A stretch of 64,000 bases of DNA from a virus. The DNA is taken from IMG/VR virus record IMGVR_UViG_3300026290_000011, positions 90 through 64,089 of that record. One strand, 5' to 3'. Shown here piece by piece: positions 30,588-42,255 of this stretch. Positions within the stretch are counted from its first letter, which is position 1. Each line of letters begins with the position of its first letter. The notes below the pieces were generated by a model. The model was not told where the DNA came from. It saw nothing but the letters and a program-made list of their open reading frames with translations, and did not search any database. Both the position numbers and the translations under genes were made by a program.

Positions 30588-33500
30588 ATGTTGCCAATAA
30601 AAAGAAGACCTATCAACAGAAATATATTTGGTGATGAAAACGAAGTATCTACATTGGAAAGTCCGAATAAAACACCTCTCAATAGAAAACCTATCAACAG
30701 AGATTTTTTATCTGATGCGCCTATAATAGAGCAACAAGAAACCGAACAAAGCAAACAACCATCATTAGCAACTCAAGAACTAAACAGATATTTCGGCGAT
30801 CCTTTAACCGGAGACGGTCAGATAAGACAGAATGAACTTGGGTTAAGCAATAAAGACAAAGACCGTGTTTATGACATAGCCAAGAAAAGAATAAAGCCCG
30901 AAGATGTTTTAGGGTTATTAGAACCGTCTCAGCCGAAAGGGAATATTTTAAGTACAATTATACCGGATGCAAAAGCAGAACCGAAATTTGATTCTTTCTT
31001 AGGAGATATTTCACCTATTAAAGATACTAAGGCGCAACCTTCAACATTAACACCCGCAGAATCTACACAAGGATTTCAAAAAGAAAGTCTTAACAGACAA
31101 TTACTAAAAGATATTTACGGGTTAAGTGATGAAGAAATTAATAAAGGAAGTTCTAAAAAAGCAGAAAGTATTTTGTTAGGTATTGAACAACAAGGAAAGA
31201 TTAACCAAAAAGAATATGATGAGATAGTTAAATCACTTGACACTAACACGAAGAACTTAGAAAAACTTCACATAAAGATTAACACGTTAAAAGATAATAT
31301 TAAAACTCCGCAAGACTTAGAAACCTTTAACCAAAGTATAGAAGAATATAATCAATTACTTAACCAGATAAATCCAAGTTTTAAGAGATTGATTGAATTA
31401 GATAAAAGCGGTGGGGAACTTGCAGACCGTTCAAAATTAGCACAGGATTATTTAAGCAGAAGTCAAAGGGAAGAAAGCAATGTTGGTGATTTACCAAAAG
31501 AATTTTGGAAGACATTGAAGTATATGCCACAACAAGCCATTGGCGGAAGTTTAGAAATGCTTAACGAAATCTTAGCTCAAATGAATTTAAACAAAGGAAT
31601 ACTTTACGATCCAGAGCAAACAGCTATTAAAAAAGCGGGTACGTGGTTACGTGAACAAGGTAAGTTAAAAGAAAGAGAATTAAAACCAAAGACCGGATTT
31701 TGGGGTGAACTTGGAAGCGGTGCAGCTACAATGGCAATAGCAGCCCCTTTAACAGCCGGAGTTTCAGTTGCTACAGGTAATCCAGTAGCGGGATTTGTAG
31801 CGGGTTTTATCCCTTCATTTGTTTTAGAAGGCGGGTTAGCTTATAACGAAGCTAAAGAATACGGACTTAGTGATAAAGAAGCATCTTTATATTCTTTGCC
31901 CGTAGGTTTAATTAGCGGAGCTATTGAACAGTTGAGTGAACTTAAGATATTGAAGAAGTTAGGACTTACAAAAAAGATTGCTCAAGAAGTAACCGAAAAA
32001 CTTGCACAGAAAAAGTTATTGCCTAAAATTGGCGAAGCTATGATAACTGGTGCAAAGTGGGAAGGAATAGAAGAACTATCTCAAGAAATCACCCAGTTAA
32101 TTTCCGAAAGTTTATATAAACGTTCCGAAGATTTACCCGGATTAAACGAGATATTAGAACGCATAAGTACAAGTGCATTATACGGAAGTATTTTAGGCGG
32201 GTTTATGGGCGGAGGTACTGCATTATTAACACATCCTCAGAGTAAAAAAATAGCCAAAGATTTAGGCATAAGATTAAAAGCAGCCGAAGAAAGAACACTA
32301 CAGGACGATACCGATAGAATAGAACAGATTAATAAATTATTTGACCGTAAGCAACCGATTCAAGAAAGAACGTCTCAACCACAAATGGGAGAAAGGATAA
32401 TCCCCGATGCAGAACAACAAACGGCAGACTTGCCAAGTTTAGAAGAATTACAAGGAATTAAAAATGAACCAGTACGAACAGATATTGCAGAGTTACCTAA
32501 AGAGAGGAGTACCGCTAAAGACAGCCAAGAAGTTGGCGAAGAAAAAACTACTGACTTTGAAAAAGTAACGCAGAGAATTAAAGAAGCGGGAATTACTGAA
32601 CAGCAAGATATTGAAGATATTATAGCTGAGGCTGAGTTAGTTCAACAGGACGAGCCGGGAAAAACTATTGATGCGATAATAGATGAATCTTTGAGTTACT
32701 ATAAAGGTTTACAGCAACCAAAAGTAGATAACAACGCAAACGCAATAAAGAATTTAGCTGAGAGAGGGCGTAAACCGGAAGAAATATCTAAGGCATTGAA
32801 CGTGCCGATTGAAGAAGTAGCTAAACTTGTTCAGGAAAAACCCAAAACAGAAATTGCCGAACAGAAACCTTTAGAACCTCAACCTATCGAGAATGTCGAA
32901 CAGTCGCCAACCAAATTATCTAATATTGATTATGCGACCGTAGAGAAATCCTTGAAAGATATTCCAGATTTACAAAAAAAACCTACAGGTTGGAAGTTAT
33001 TCGAGACGAAGAAAGGAGAAAAATCTTTTGCATTAGTTGATCCAAATACAAAAGAGTATAAAACGTTTAATTCTTACCCTGAGGCACAATCTTATGCTAT
33101 CGATAACCCCATAACACTAAAAGAAATTCCTTCTGGAGAAATTATAACACAAAAATTAGTTCAACCAGAACCGATTATAGACAAAAGTATTCAAACAGAT
33201 ACAAAAGTAACTGAACAACCCTCTAATTCCAAAGAGCCGTATGATGATTTTATAAATGAATTAACAAATGAACTTGAAAGAAGCGGGAAGCAAAGACGTA
33301 AAGCGATATTAGAAGGTAAACAGTCAAAGGCAACTGTTAATATTGAAAGATTGGCAAATAAATATAATTTACCAAAAAAAATGGTTGATAATCTTGCGGG
33401 CATAGGCGAATTATCATCAGTAGATTCTGATCCTAAAATAATAAAAGATGTTATTAATAAATCTTTCAAACAAGAACTAAAAAAATATACAGACTTAGCA

Positions 33501-36500
33501 GAGAAATACAAACCCCTCGAACCAGAGATGGTTACAGATGTAACGCCAGAGGTTGCAAATGTAACCAAGACAGAGAAAGTCATAAAAGATGCTCAGTCTC
33601 AACTCGATAAACTTTTAGCCCGTAGAAAAGAAATATACAATCTAATGGAGCAGACAAGGGATAATTTACAGTTTCAGAAGTTGGCAAAAGAAGATAGCGA
33701 CTTAATTGGTAAGATTAACCAAATAGAAAAAAAATATAAAATTGGTGGACGTGGTAAGTTTGGGGAAAAGACAATTAAAGATATTGTTAACTTGGCAGTT
33801 AGAGAATATCAAGAACAACCCGCCTTTATTAGTTTCCAATTTCTTAACCCACAAGCCAGAGGAATGGGGATTAAGAAATTAGAAAAAGCTGGTTATAATG
33901 TTAAGAAACTTGACGACAATTACATTAAAATTGAAAAGCGAATAGGGGAAGAAGTTACAAAAGAAACCGATGTAATAAGCGATAAAGAAAAAATAGAGGA
34001 GAAAGAATCAAGGGTAAAATTCTATGAAGTAGCTCCAGATGAAGTTAATGTCAATACCGAAGCGATGCAGAACAGAGAAGCGAAATTCAGCAAAGAAACC
34101 TATAATAGTATTATTGAAGATGTAAAGAGTGGTGATTTTGATATAGCAAACATTCCGCCGGTAATGGTTTACAAAGATGAAACGGGTAAATTATGGACGT
34201 TAAACCATTCACGGTTGAAAGCATATCAAGACTTAAAAGCAGAAGGTAATGAAGATTTCCAAACAATCCCGGTTCAAGAAATCAAAGCAAAAAATTTAGA
34301 AGAAGCCGGGAAGTTAGCAAAAGAAAAAAGTAATATAGGCGCAAAAGAAACCCCTATTGAAAGAGCAAAAATTTATCGTAAGGATAGAGAGGGCGGTTTA
34401 CCGGAAAACAGAATTATTCAGAAAGCCGAACAATTAGAGGGTAGAAATAAAAATCACGTAATCAATCTTAGTTATCTTAACCCGGACGGTAAAACTATAA
34501 CTTCTTATTCTAATGTAGGCGAGAATGTAAGCGGCGGACGTGTAATGAGAGATGTTGCCGATTATATAGGTGAAGTAAGAAAGGAAAATAAAGAACTTAC
34601 AGACTTACACGAAGATGAATTATTTGAATGGTTATATACTAACGGAGCTATGGATAACTTCAAAAATAAAATTAAGTTTAAGGAAAACATAGAATCGTTT
34701 GTAAAACATGCCTCATTCAATCCGAATGAACTTTTAGGAGTTGGTAAGAATAAAGTAGTACGTGGAAGCCACACAATAGAAGTAGATAAAAAACTTGAAG
34801 GCGCACGTAAACGAAGAAAAGATTTAGAAAAAGAAAGAACTGATTTTGAAGCGGGCAAAACATCGTTACCTTTTGGGCTTACACCAAAAGAATACCTATC
34901 GGAAATATCCCAAAAAATTGCTAATATTGATAAGGACATTTTAGACCTTACCGAAGATAGGCGTACTGCTGTTCAGTCCGATAGGTTACAAGACGATTTA
35001 TTTAGTCAAATAACAGAGGAAGTAGAAAATGAACAAGCCGAAGAAATTATCGCCACAAGACCGACTGAAGAACTCGAAGAACTTGCTGAGAATACTGAAA
35101 GCATTGAAAAGTCTAAAAAGCGAATTAGCACTGAGGAAATCCAGCAAGCAGTAGATAAAGTTGAAGTAGTAATAAAACCCAAAAAATCCGCTCCTCTAAT
35201 AAAACCACCTAAAGGCACAAACGCCGTAATAGTAACCTTCAACAACGGTAAAGTAAGTAAACTTCCGGCAAAAGACCTTGATGTAATAGGCAATGATTAT
35301 TCCACAGTAAAAGAGCTTTCTTTTGGCAATGTAGAGTTTAACAAATCGGGCGGGTTGAAGTGGGACACGTTCAAAGAAGTTAAAAAAATTGTACCAAGCG
35401 AACAGACCTTACGCCAAAGTATTGAGAATGAGGGAGATAGTGAATATCTTTCTTCTGTGAAAAAAGATAAAGGGGCGGGCGTAAACCTTCCAGAGAACAA
35501 ACCCCAAACGCCGGAAGGGAAAAAAGTGTTACCGAAGACAGTCAATGATTTGCCAAGTTTAGGGACGGATAGTATCGGTAGGAATATTCCCAACTGGAAG
35601 GGATCAAGAGTTTATCATTCTACAAACGAACAAGGGCTAAAAGACATATCACAAAAAGGTTACAGATTTTTAGAAGGGGATTTAGAAGATGAGCAAATGG
35701 GTTATTATGGCAAGGCGATTTCATTCACCCCAGATTTAGAATATACCCGCCAATTTGGAAAATATATCACAGTCGCAAAATTGTCTGATGATATAAAGAT
35801 ACTAAACCTTAACAACGAGACAGATTGGAATAAATATTTACAACTAACAAAGAATATTTCATCCGACAAATATGGAGACGCAATAAGAGAAGCTGGTTAC
35901 GATGGACTTTATGATGCCGGAGCGGGTGATTTATTTATCGTAAATCCAAAGAAAATTAAATATGAGGGGATAGACAAGGATTATGAAGATTCCCAAAGTC
36001 AACTTTTTTATGAGATGAGCAGAGAGGATTACGGTAAAATAAAGGGCGAAAAGCCAAAATTTTACGCCAGATTTTCGGCGCATTTGCCAGATGATTTGAA
36101 GCGTAATTGGAGTTCTTGGAATTTTGGAGCAGAAGGATTTAAAGGGACACAAGAAGAATTAGAAAATTATCTTAATTCAGCGACAGATGAACTCCCTGCA
36201 TTTGTTTCAGGGTTTGACATATATCCTGGAACAAAAAATCAATTTGATATTAGAGAATTATACCCTAACTATTGGGTTGTTGTTGACAAGGGGTTTCTTG
36301 GCGGTCTTGCAGGTCACGAATTAGAAGCAGAAGATATACAGAGTGCATTAGAGGAAGTCAAAAAAAATAGACATGGCGGAACAGGAGAGGGCGACTTTTT
36401 TAATGCCGAACAATTTATACCCGTTTATTCAGAAGAACCTTATGGAAAATTTGGTTTACATATTTTAAGAACGGAAGATGCAGAGATCACTAAAGAACAT

Positions 36501-39500
36501 AAGGCGTTAGTTAAACAAGCTATTGAGAATGGTAAAATAAAATCGCATCCAGACTATCCCGAATTATCAAGTCAACCAAACCGCACACCAGATAAGGGTG
36601 TGCAAACACTTAATCAAGATATACTTGAAAGAAACGACTTACAAAAACTACAGGACAGAAAACGACATCTTGAATTAGTTATTGAGGAAGCCGGAAAGAA
36701 AAATAACACTAAGGCAGTAACAGACGCTAAGAACGAATTAAAAGAAGTAAACCGTAAACTTTCAAACCGTAGGTCAAAAGAATCTCAGTTTGATATTTTT
36801 GGCGATGCGCAAAACCAAGAAACTCTTTTCCAAACAAACCACAATAAAACACGTACAGCGTTTAACAAGTTAAGCCCGAAAGAACAGACCAAGTTTCTTA
36901 ACCAACTTGAAAAGATGTTAGCCGATAATTGGGGAGTGGAGTTTAAGAACTTAAGCAAAGAGCAAGCGGCGGGAATTACTCAGTTACTTAAAAGAATGAT
37001 TCAGTTAGACCCGGACACAGCTAACCTTACTACTGTTTGGGAGGAAGCGTTCCACGCAAGTATGATAGCCCTTGCTAAACCTTTTGCAGCAAGAAATATG
37101 TTACGGGAAGCCGGATGGAACGGCAAGGGTGAAATTTGGGATGTAGTTAATAATCAATCTTTAAGAGACGCACACGAAAAACTTGCAAAGGATTTTATCA
37201 AGTGGGCAGAAAGCAGTAAAGAACCAAGTACACGCACAGAGAAAGTATTTGCTTTACTTAAAGATTTGTGGAACAAGATAGCAGCGTTTCTTTATCAATC
37301 TGGTTTTCACACACACGCCGGATATTTTGAAATGCTTTACAGTGGAAAGTTAAAAGCGAGTGCGGAGGGAATTAATGTAGAAGACTTAGCCCAAAGTTTA
37401 GCGCAAGAAATTAACAGAGAAGAAAACTTTAAGCGTTGGTTTGGAAAATCAAAAGTAGTTGATAAAAAGAAAAATCCTTTGATAGTCTATCATTCCAGCA
37501 CAGAAAATTTTGATGAGTTCCAAATAGGTGATGTTGGTTTTCATTTTGGCACAAAAGAACAAGCCGAGAAACGAGCATCCCCTATTTACAAAAGGGGAAG
37601 AAAACCCCTTACAAGAATTGACGAAAATAACAAGGTGCTTATAACCTCAGAGAGAGCGGGTTTTTATCCCGCTTATTTAAGCATCCAGAACCCGATAGAT
37701 ATTATTGATAATGGATTTGAAGACCCGAATGCGTATGTAGAATCTTTGGCTGAATCAAATGAAATGATGTACGATAAAAAGTTATTCACCAGAAAAGAGT
37801 TAGACGATTTATCCGCAAAACTTGATAATGTTGGAAACAAAAAAGGATTTTCTATTATCCAAAAATTCTTAAAAGACAAAGGATTTGATGGGATAGTTTA
37901 TTTCAACAACTTTGAAGGTGATGGACGTAGTTATGCTGCGTTTAACCCCACCCAAATAAAATCCATCTTCAACAGAGGCACATTTGACCCGAACGATGCG
38001 AATATATTAGGACAATCATTCAGCCCTATTTGGTTTAGTAAGTTAGAAAGAGTAATTGAACAGAAAGCGCCGAATAAGAATATTAACCCTACTTCTTTAA
38101 TAGCGATGTTAAAGAATAACGGAGTAAAGGACGAAGAAATTAAGTGGTTAGATGTGAAAGGATTTCTTGAAGCTAACCCAAAAGCGACTAAGAAAGAATT
38201 AATAGATTATGTAAAGAGTAATCAGGTTGAGATTAAGGAAGTAACGAAAGGAGTTTCTAAAAACATTGAAGACCAATTCAAAGAAAATAATCTAAAAATC
38301 GAAATCAATAATGACGAAACCGAATATCAAAGAGATGGAGAGAACTATTACGATTTAATCGACACAAAAAATGGACATACACTATTTACTGGCGACAGAG
38401 AACAGGTTAGAGAATATGTGCAGAATGATCCGAGATTCAAACTTGGTGAACCAACAAAATTTGAGGATTACAAAACTGCCGGAGGTTCAAATTACAGAGA
38501 AGTGTTGTTTACGCTGCCGGATAATGATACTTATATGCAAAGACATAATGATTGGATAAATTATGCAAGGAGTATGGAATCAAAATATGGTGGTGGATAT
38601 TATTCTCAAATGACACCTGAAGAAAAAATTAGGTATAAAGAATTAGAAGATAATGTAGGAACTCCGAAGAAGGTATTTTCATCCTCTCATTGGGACGAAC
38701 CAAACGTAGTTGCTCATGTAAGACTACAAGACTTTACCGATACAAAAGGAAGGAAAGTTTTATTAGTAGAGGAAGTTCAGAGCGATTGGCACCAAGCAGG
38801 GAAGAAGAAGGGGTATCAAGGCGACACATTAGGGGAAAACTATACGCAAGGCGTTGACGCAAAGGGTAGGGAAAACTATAAATTTCCTAATGCCAAATGG
38901 AGTATTTCTAAAACGCCATCGGGGTCTTATGTTGTCCTCGATGATGAGGGTTTAGCTGTTCATAGAGCAGATACCTTTGACAAAGCCAAAAACGAGATAC
39001 AAAAATGGGAGTTTGATACAAAGTCAACGCCTTCTGCGCCATTCAAATCAACATGGCACGAACTAACCCTTAAAAGAGTATTAAGACTTGCCTCAGAGGA
39101 AGGATATGACGGAATAGCACTAACTACAGGCGAACAGCAAGCGGATAGGTATGACTTGAGTAAACAAGTTGATGAAATAAGATATGACAAACTAAAAAAC
39201 GGTGATTATCAAGTAAACATTTTCAAAGATGGTAAGTCTATTGATTCTAAGAAGGGTGATTTAAAATCACTTGAAGATTATGTTGGGAAAGATATTGTAA
39301 AGAAGATTGCTGATAATAGTAACCCGACATTGAATAGAAATGATAATGTTGAATATAGTGGTTCGTTAAAAGGTGTTGATCTCAAAGTAGGCGGCGAGGG
39401 GATGAAGGGATTTTACGATAAAATGTTACCTTCATTCCTAAACAGTTACGCTAAGAAGTGGGGAGCGAGAGTTGATGAAATAACAATAAATGCCGAGGGA

Positions 39501-42239
39501 TTAGATTTTGATTCATGGTTAGAACAAAAATATCCCAACGAAATAGGGCAACAAATTTCAGCCCAAGACAGAACCCAACTTGTTAAGGAATGGGAAAAGC
39601 AAGTTGGAGATAAGAGCCAAAAAGTTCAATATCTTCCAATAACCGACGCAATGCGTAGTTCAGTATTATTTGAAGGACAGGCGTTATTCCAAAAGCTCCC
39701 GCAAGAACAAGTCAACGTAGAACAGAGAGGAAAGGAAATATACGATTCTGGTAAGACCCGTTACGCAGAATGGGTTAAGGAGATGAGGAAGGAGTTTGGG
39801 GAAAACCAAGATTATAGAAGTATTTATTTATTATCAAAAGTGAAAGATAGCTCTAAATTTAAGACCGATATAACAGCAGATATTTATGAAATGAACCGCA
39901 AAAACAGACAGGGCAAACTTTCCGAAAGTATCGGTAGGGAAAGTAAATCCGCCGTAGAATTTATGAGGAATAAACTTGTCCCGATTAGCACAAGACTTGG
40001 GAACATAGCTCCATCGTTAAAAAGTAGGTTAAGAGAATTTGAATTTGATTATGGCAAAGAAGTAACCGTACAACTAAAAAGGGTACAGCCATTTTTACAA
40101 AAGAGTTCGAAACTTGAAAAAGAAATACAGGCAGATTTAGACCTCGCATTAAAGAACGGCGATGTTAAAAAGATAAACGAAATAATAAAGAATAATGACT
40201 TAGAATCCGAATATAAAGAAGTAAGAACCTTGTTAGATGGATTGTATAAAAAAGCTATTGATGTAGGAATAGACTTAGGATATAGAGAAAATTACCATCC
40301 AAGAAGCGTTAAAGACCTTGAAGCGTTTATAGACTACTTTGAGAAATCCGGTGAATGGAATAGGTTCCAAGAATTGATAGACCAAAAGACAATCCAGAAG
40401 GGAGATATATTAACCCTTGAGGAAAAAGTAAACCTTATCAATAATGCGTTACGTGGTTATAATGACGGCATATCGCTTTCTAAAACCGCTAATATGAAAG
40501 AAAGAAAAGTTCCTATTATAGATTCGGAAATAAACAAATTCTATTATGATTCTAACACGTCTCTTGTAAGATACATCAGTGCAGTAAATGAAATTATAGA
40601 AGCGAGAAAATTCTTTGGTAAGAAGAAACAAGCTAAGGTAAGTAGCGAATTAACCGACATCAGGGATAAAACTAAGAGTTTAAGAAAAGCCAAAATTAAT
40701 GCTTTACAGAATCCAAACGGGGTAACGTTATCTATATATTACCAAGCTAAGAATGAGTTAGAAGATGCAAGGAAACAGTCAAAGGATTACCAAGAAAGAC
40801 TTAAACAAAGACGTGAAAAAACCCTTTATGAAAAGAGAATACTTGAAGGGCATACGGAACTAACTAAAAAGAAATTGATTCCGTTAGAAGAATTCAGCAT
40901 CGATAATTCAATAGGTAATTATGTATTGGATTTAATTAAAGAAAACCAACTAAATGCACAGCAAGCGCAAGAAGTTGAAAGTTTACTTAAAGCAAGGTTC
41001 AACCAACACGGAACTTCAGGACTTGTTTCTTCTATGAAAAACATAAGTTATGTAATAGCACTTGGTTCGCCAACGTCCGCAATTACTCAAATTGGCGATT
41101 TAGCCATACCTCTTTATAGGACAGGTCCCTTAAGAACGTTACAGGCGTTAGGGGAATCGGTATTTAATAGAGGAGCAATAAAACTTGAAGATTTAGGAAT
41201 TAACCCGGAGAAGATAGCCCAAGAATTTTCAGACCCAAGAAGAAGATCGAGAATGGTTCAGAAAGTGTTCACTCTTACGGGATTTAATAAAATTGACATA
41301 CTTGGTAAAGAAACGTTAGTGAATGCAACCTTAAAGAAATACCAGAGAAAAGCTAATAATCCTAATAAAGAGTTTCTTAGAAGATTAGAAAAGGTATTTG
41401 AAGGTGAAACAGACCAGGTAATAAAAGACTTACAAAACAAAGAGATTACCGAAAATGTAAAATTGTTATTATTCAATGAGTTATTAGACACTCAACCGAT
41501 AGCACTTTCAGAGATGCCCGAAGGATATTTAACGGCAGGCGATGGAAGAATATTTTATATGTTAAAAACTTTCTTTATTAGAAGAATAGATTACTACAGA
41601 AACGAAACCTTTAAGCTAATGAAGGATAAAGAAACAAGACCGGAAGGGATTAAAAATCTTATTTATTTGACTATATCTATTATGCTAATGGAAGCCGGGG
41701 CAGATGAATTAGAAGATTTATTACTCGGTAGAGAAACATCTCTAAAAGATAGGGTGATAGATAACCTTGCCCGTTTGGTGGGATTTTCAAAATATAGTGT
41801 AGATCAAGTTACAACCAAAGGACTTTTTTCCACAGTAGCCGGAATGATAGTACCTCCGTTTGATTTATTTGATGATATGCAAAAAGACATATTCAATTAT
41901 ATCAATGGTAAAGACGTACCTATTAGAAGCGTAAAAAACATTCCTGTATTAGGCAAGATAGCTTATAATTGGTGGATGGGTGCTTATATGGATAATAAAT
42001 CTTTACTTAGAAAACACGGATTAGATAAATCAGAACAAATTAAAGCCATTAAAGAAAAACAAAAAGAAGTAGACAAATTACGTGAAGACGTTCTTAAGGG
42101 TAAAATAGATAATAGAGTTTACCAGGATGCAAAGGACGACTTAGAATATATGAAACGTGATTCAGAAGATTATGACAGGTATAAATACTTACAGAACGAA
42201 AGGAAAAGAGAGAACGAAAGAATCCTTGAGGGTAGGTAA
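30588..42239 (+). CDS. Giant polyvalent ejection protein (3883 aa)
   Basis: Hydrophobic Gly/Ala segment near aa 380-420; ParB-like fold (IPPVMVY...TLNHSRL); two ART-like segments (VYHST..., FKRWFGKSKVVD...IVYHSS); zincin-like WEEAFH; LVEEVQSDW domain; helical C-terminus. Confidence 0.8.
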   Translation: MLPIKRRPINRNIFGDENEVSTLESPNKTPLNRKPINRDFLSDAPIIEQQETEQSKQPSLATQELNRYFGDPLTGDGQIRQNELGLSNKDKDRVYDIAKKRIKPEDVLGLLEPSQPKGNILSTIIPDAKAEPKFDSFLGDISPIKDTKAQPSTLTPAESTQGFQKESLNRQLLKDIYGLSDEEINKGSSKKAESILLGIEQQGKINQKEYDEIVKSLDTNTKNLEKLHIKINTLKDNIKTPQDLETFNQSIEEYNQLLNQINPSFKRLIELDKSGGELADRSKLAQDYLSRSQREESNVGDLPKEFWKTLKYMPQQAIGGSLEMLNEILAQMNLNKGILYDPEQTAIKKAGTWLREQGKLKERELKPKTGFWGELGSGAATMAIAAPLTAGVSVATGNPVAGFVAGFIPSFVLEGGLAYNEAKEYGLSDKEASLYSLPVGLISGAIEQLSELKILKKLGLTKKIAQEVTEKLAQKKLLPKIGEAMITGAKWEGIEELSQEITQLISESLYKRSEDLPGLNEILERISTSALYGSILGGFMGGGTALLTHPQSKKIAKDLGIRLKAAEERTLQDDTDRIEQINKLFDRKQPIQERTSQPQMGERIIPDAEQQTADLPSLEELQGIKNEPVRTDIAELPKERSTAKDSQEVGEEKTTDFEKVTQRIKEAGITEQQDIEDIIAEAELVQQDEPGKTIDAIIDESLSYYKGLQQPKVDNNANAIKNLAERGRKPEEISKALNVPIEEVAKLVQEKPKTEIAEQKPLEPQPIENVEQSPTKLSNIDYATVEKSLKDIPDLQKKPTGWKLFETKKGEKSFALVDPNTKEYKTFNSYPEAQSYAIDNPITLKEIPSGEIITQKLVQPEPIIDKSIQTDTKVTEQPSNSKEPYDDFINELTNELERSGKQRRKAILEGKQSKATVNIERLANKYNLPKKMVDNLAGIGELSSVDSDPKIIKDVINKSFKQELKKYTDLAEKYKPLEPEMVTDVTPEVANVTKTEKVIKDAQSQLDKLLARRKEIYNLMEQTRDNLQFQKLAKEDSDLIGKINQIEKKYKIGGRGKFGEKTIKDIVNLAVREYQEQPAFISFQFLNPQARGMGIKKLEKAGYNVKKLDDNYIKIEKRIGEEVTKETDVISDKEKIEEKESRVKFYEVAPDEVNVNTEAMQNREAKFSKETYNSIIEDVKSGDFDIANIPPVMVYKDETGKLWTLNHSRLKAYQDLKAEGNEDFQTIPVQEIKAKNLEEAGKLAKEKSNIGAKETPIERAKIYRKDREGGLPENRIIQKAEQLEGRNKNHVINLSYLNPDGKTITSYSNVGENVSGGRVMRDVADYIGEVRKENKELTDLHEDELFEWLYTNGAMDNFKNKIKFKENIESFVKHASFNPNELLGVGKNKVVRGSHTIEVDKKLEGARKRRKDLEKERTDFEAGKTSLPFGLTPKEYLSEISQKIANIDKDILDLTEDRRTAVQSDRLQDDLFSQITEEVENEQAEEIIATRPTEELEELAENTESIEKSKKRISTEEIQQAVDKVEVVIKPKKSAPLIKPPKGTNAVIVTFNNGKVSKLPAKDLDVIGNDYSTVKELSFGNVEFNKSGGLKWDTFKEVKKIVPSEQTLRQSIENEGDSEYLSSVKKDKGAGVNLPENKPQTPEGKKVLPKTVNDLPSLGTDSIGRNIPNWKGSRVYHSTNEQGLKDISQKGYRFLEGDLEDEQMGYYGKAISFTPDLEYTRQFGKYITVAKLSDDIKILNLNNETDWNKYLQLTKNISSDKYGDAIREAGYDGLYDAGAGDLFIVNPKKIKYEGIDKDYEDSQSQLFYEMSREDYGKIKGEKPKFYARFSAHLPDDLKRNWSSWNFGAEGFKGTQEELENYLNSATDELPAFVSGFDIYPGTKNQFDIRELYPNYWVVVDKGFLGGLAGHELEAEDIQSALEEVKKNRHGGTGEGDFFNAEQFIPVYSEEPYGKFGLHILRTEDAEITKEHKALVKQAIENGKIKSHPDYPELSSQPNRTPDKGVQTLNQDILERNDLQKLQDRKRHLELVIEEAGKKNNTKAVTDAKNELKEVNRKLSNRRSKESQFDIFGDAQNQETLFQTNHNKTRTAFNKLSPKEQTKFLNQLEKMLADNWGVEFKNLSKEQAAGITQLLKRMIQLDPDTANLTTVWEEAFHASMIALAKPFAARNMLREAGWNGKGEIWDVVNNQSLRDAHEKLAKDFIKWAESSKEPSTRTEKVFALLKDLWNKIAAFLYQSGFHTHAGYFEMLYSGKLKASAEGINVEDLAQSLAQEINREENFKRWFGKSKVVDKKKNPLIVYHSSTENFDEFQIGDVGFHFGTKEQAEKRASPIYKRGRKPLTRIDENNKVLITSERAGFYPAYLSIQNPIDIIDNGFEDPNAYVESLAESNEMMYDKKLFTRKELDDLSAKLDNVGNKKGFSIIQKFLKDKGFDGIVYFNNFEGDGRSYAAFNPTQIKSIFNRGTFDPNDANILGQSFSPIWFSKLERVIEQKAPNKNINPTSLIAMLKNNGVKDEEIKWLDVKGFLEANPKATKKELIDYVKSNQVEIKEVTKGVSKNIEDQFKENNLKIEINNDETEYQRDGENYYDLIDTKNGHTLFTGDREQVREYVQNDPRFKLGEPTKFEDYKTAGGSNYREVLFTLPDNDTYMQRHNDWINYARSMESKYGGGYYSQMTPEEKIRYKELEDNVGTPKKVFSSSHWDEPNVVAHVRLQDFTDTKGRKVLLVEEVQSDWHQAGKKKGYQGDTLGENYTQGVDAKGRENYKFPNAKWSISKTPSGSYVVLDDEGLAVHRADTFDKAKNEIQKWEFDTKSTPSAPFKSTWHELTLKRVLRLASEEGYDGIALTTGEQQADRYDLSKQVDEIRYDKLKNGDYQVNIFKDGKSIDSKKGDLKSLEDYVGKDIVKKIADNSNPTLNRNDNVEYSGSLKGVDLKVGGEGMKGFYDKMLPSFLNSYAKKWGARVDEITINAEGLDFDSWLEQKYPNEIGQQISAQDRTQLVKEWEKQVGDKSQKVQYLPITDAMRSSVLFEGQALFQKLPQEQVNVEQRGKEIYDSGKTRYAEWVKEMRKEFGENQDYRSIYLLSKVKDSSKFKTDITADIYEMNRKNRQGKLSESIGRESKSAVEFMRNKLVPISTRLGNIAPSLKSRLREFEFDYGKEVTVQLKRVQPFLQKSSKLEKEIQADLDLALKNGDVKKINEIIKNNDLESEYKEVRTLLDGLYKKAIDVGIDLGYRENYHPRSVKDLEAFIDYFEKSGEWNRFQELIDQKTIQKGDILTLEEKVNLINNALRGYNDGISLSKTANMKERKVPIIDSEINKFYYDSNTSLVRYISAVNEIIEARKFFGKKKQAKVSSELTDIRDKTKSLRKAKINALQNPNGVTLSIYYQAKNELEDARKQSKDYQERLKQRREKTLYEKRILEGHTELTKKKLIPLEEFSIDNSIGNYVLDLIKENQLNAQQAQEVESLLKARFNQHGTSGLVSSMKNISYVIALGSPTSAITQIGDLAIPLYRTGPLRTLQALGESVFNRGAIKLEDLGINPEKIAQEFSDPRRRSRMVQKVFTLTGFNKIDILGKETLVNATLKKYQRKANNPNKEFLRRLEKVFEGETDQVIKDLQNKEITENVKLLLFNELLDTQPIALSEMPEGYLTAGDGRIFYMLKTFFIRRIDYYRNETFKLMKDKETRPEGIKNLIYLTISIMLMEAGADELEDLLLGRETSLKDRVIDNLARLVGFSKYSVDQVTTKGLFSTVAGMIVPPFDLFDDMQKDIFNYINGKDVPIRSVKNIPVLGKIAYNWWMGAYMDNKSLLRKHGLDKSEQIKAIKEKQKEVDKLREDVLKGKIDNRVYQDAKDDLEYMKRDSEDYDRYKYLQNERKRENERILEGR

Positions 42240-42255
42240 TCTTTGAGTGTTGCAT

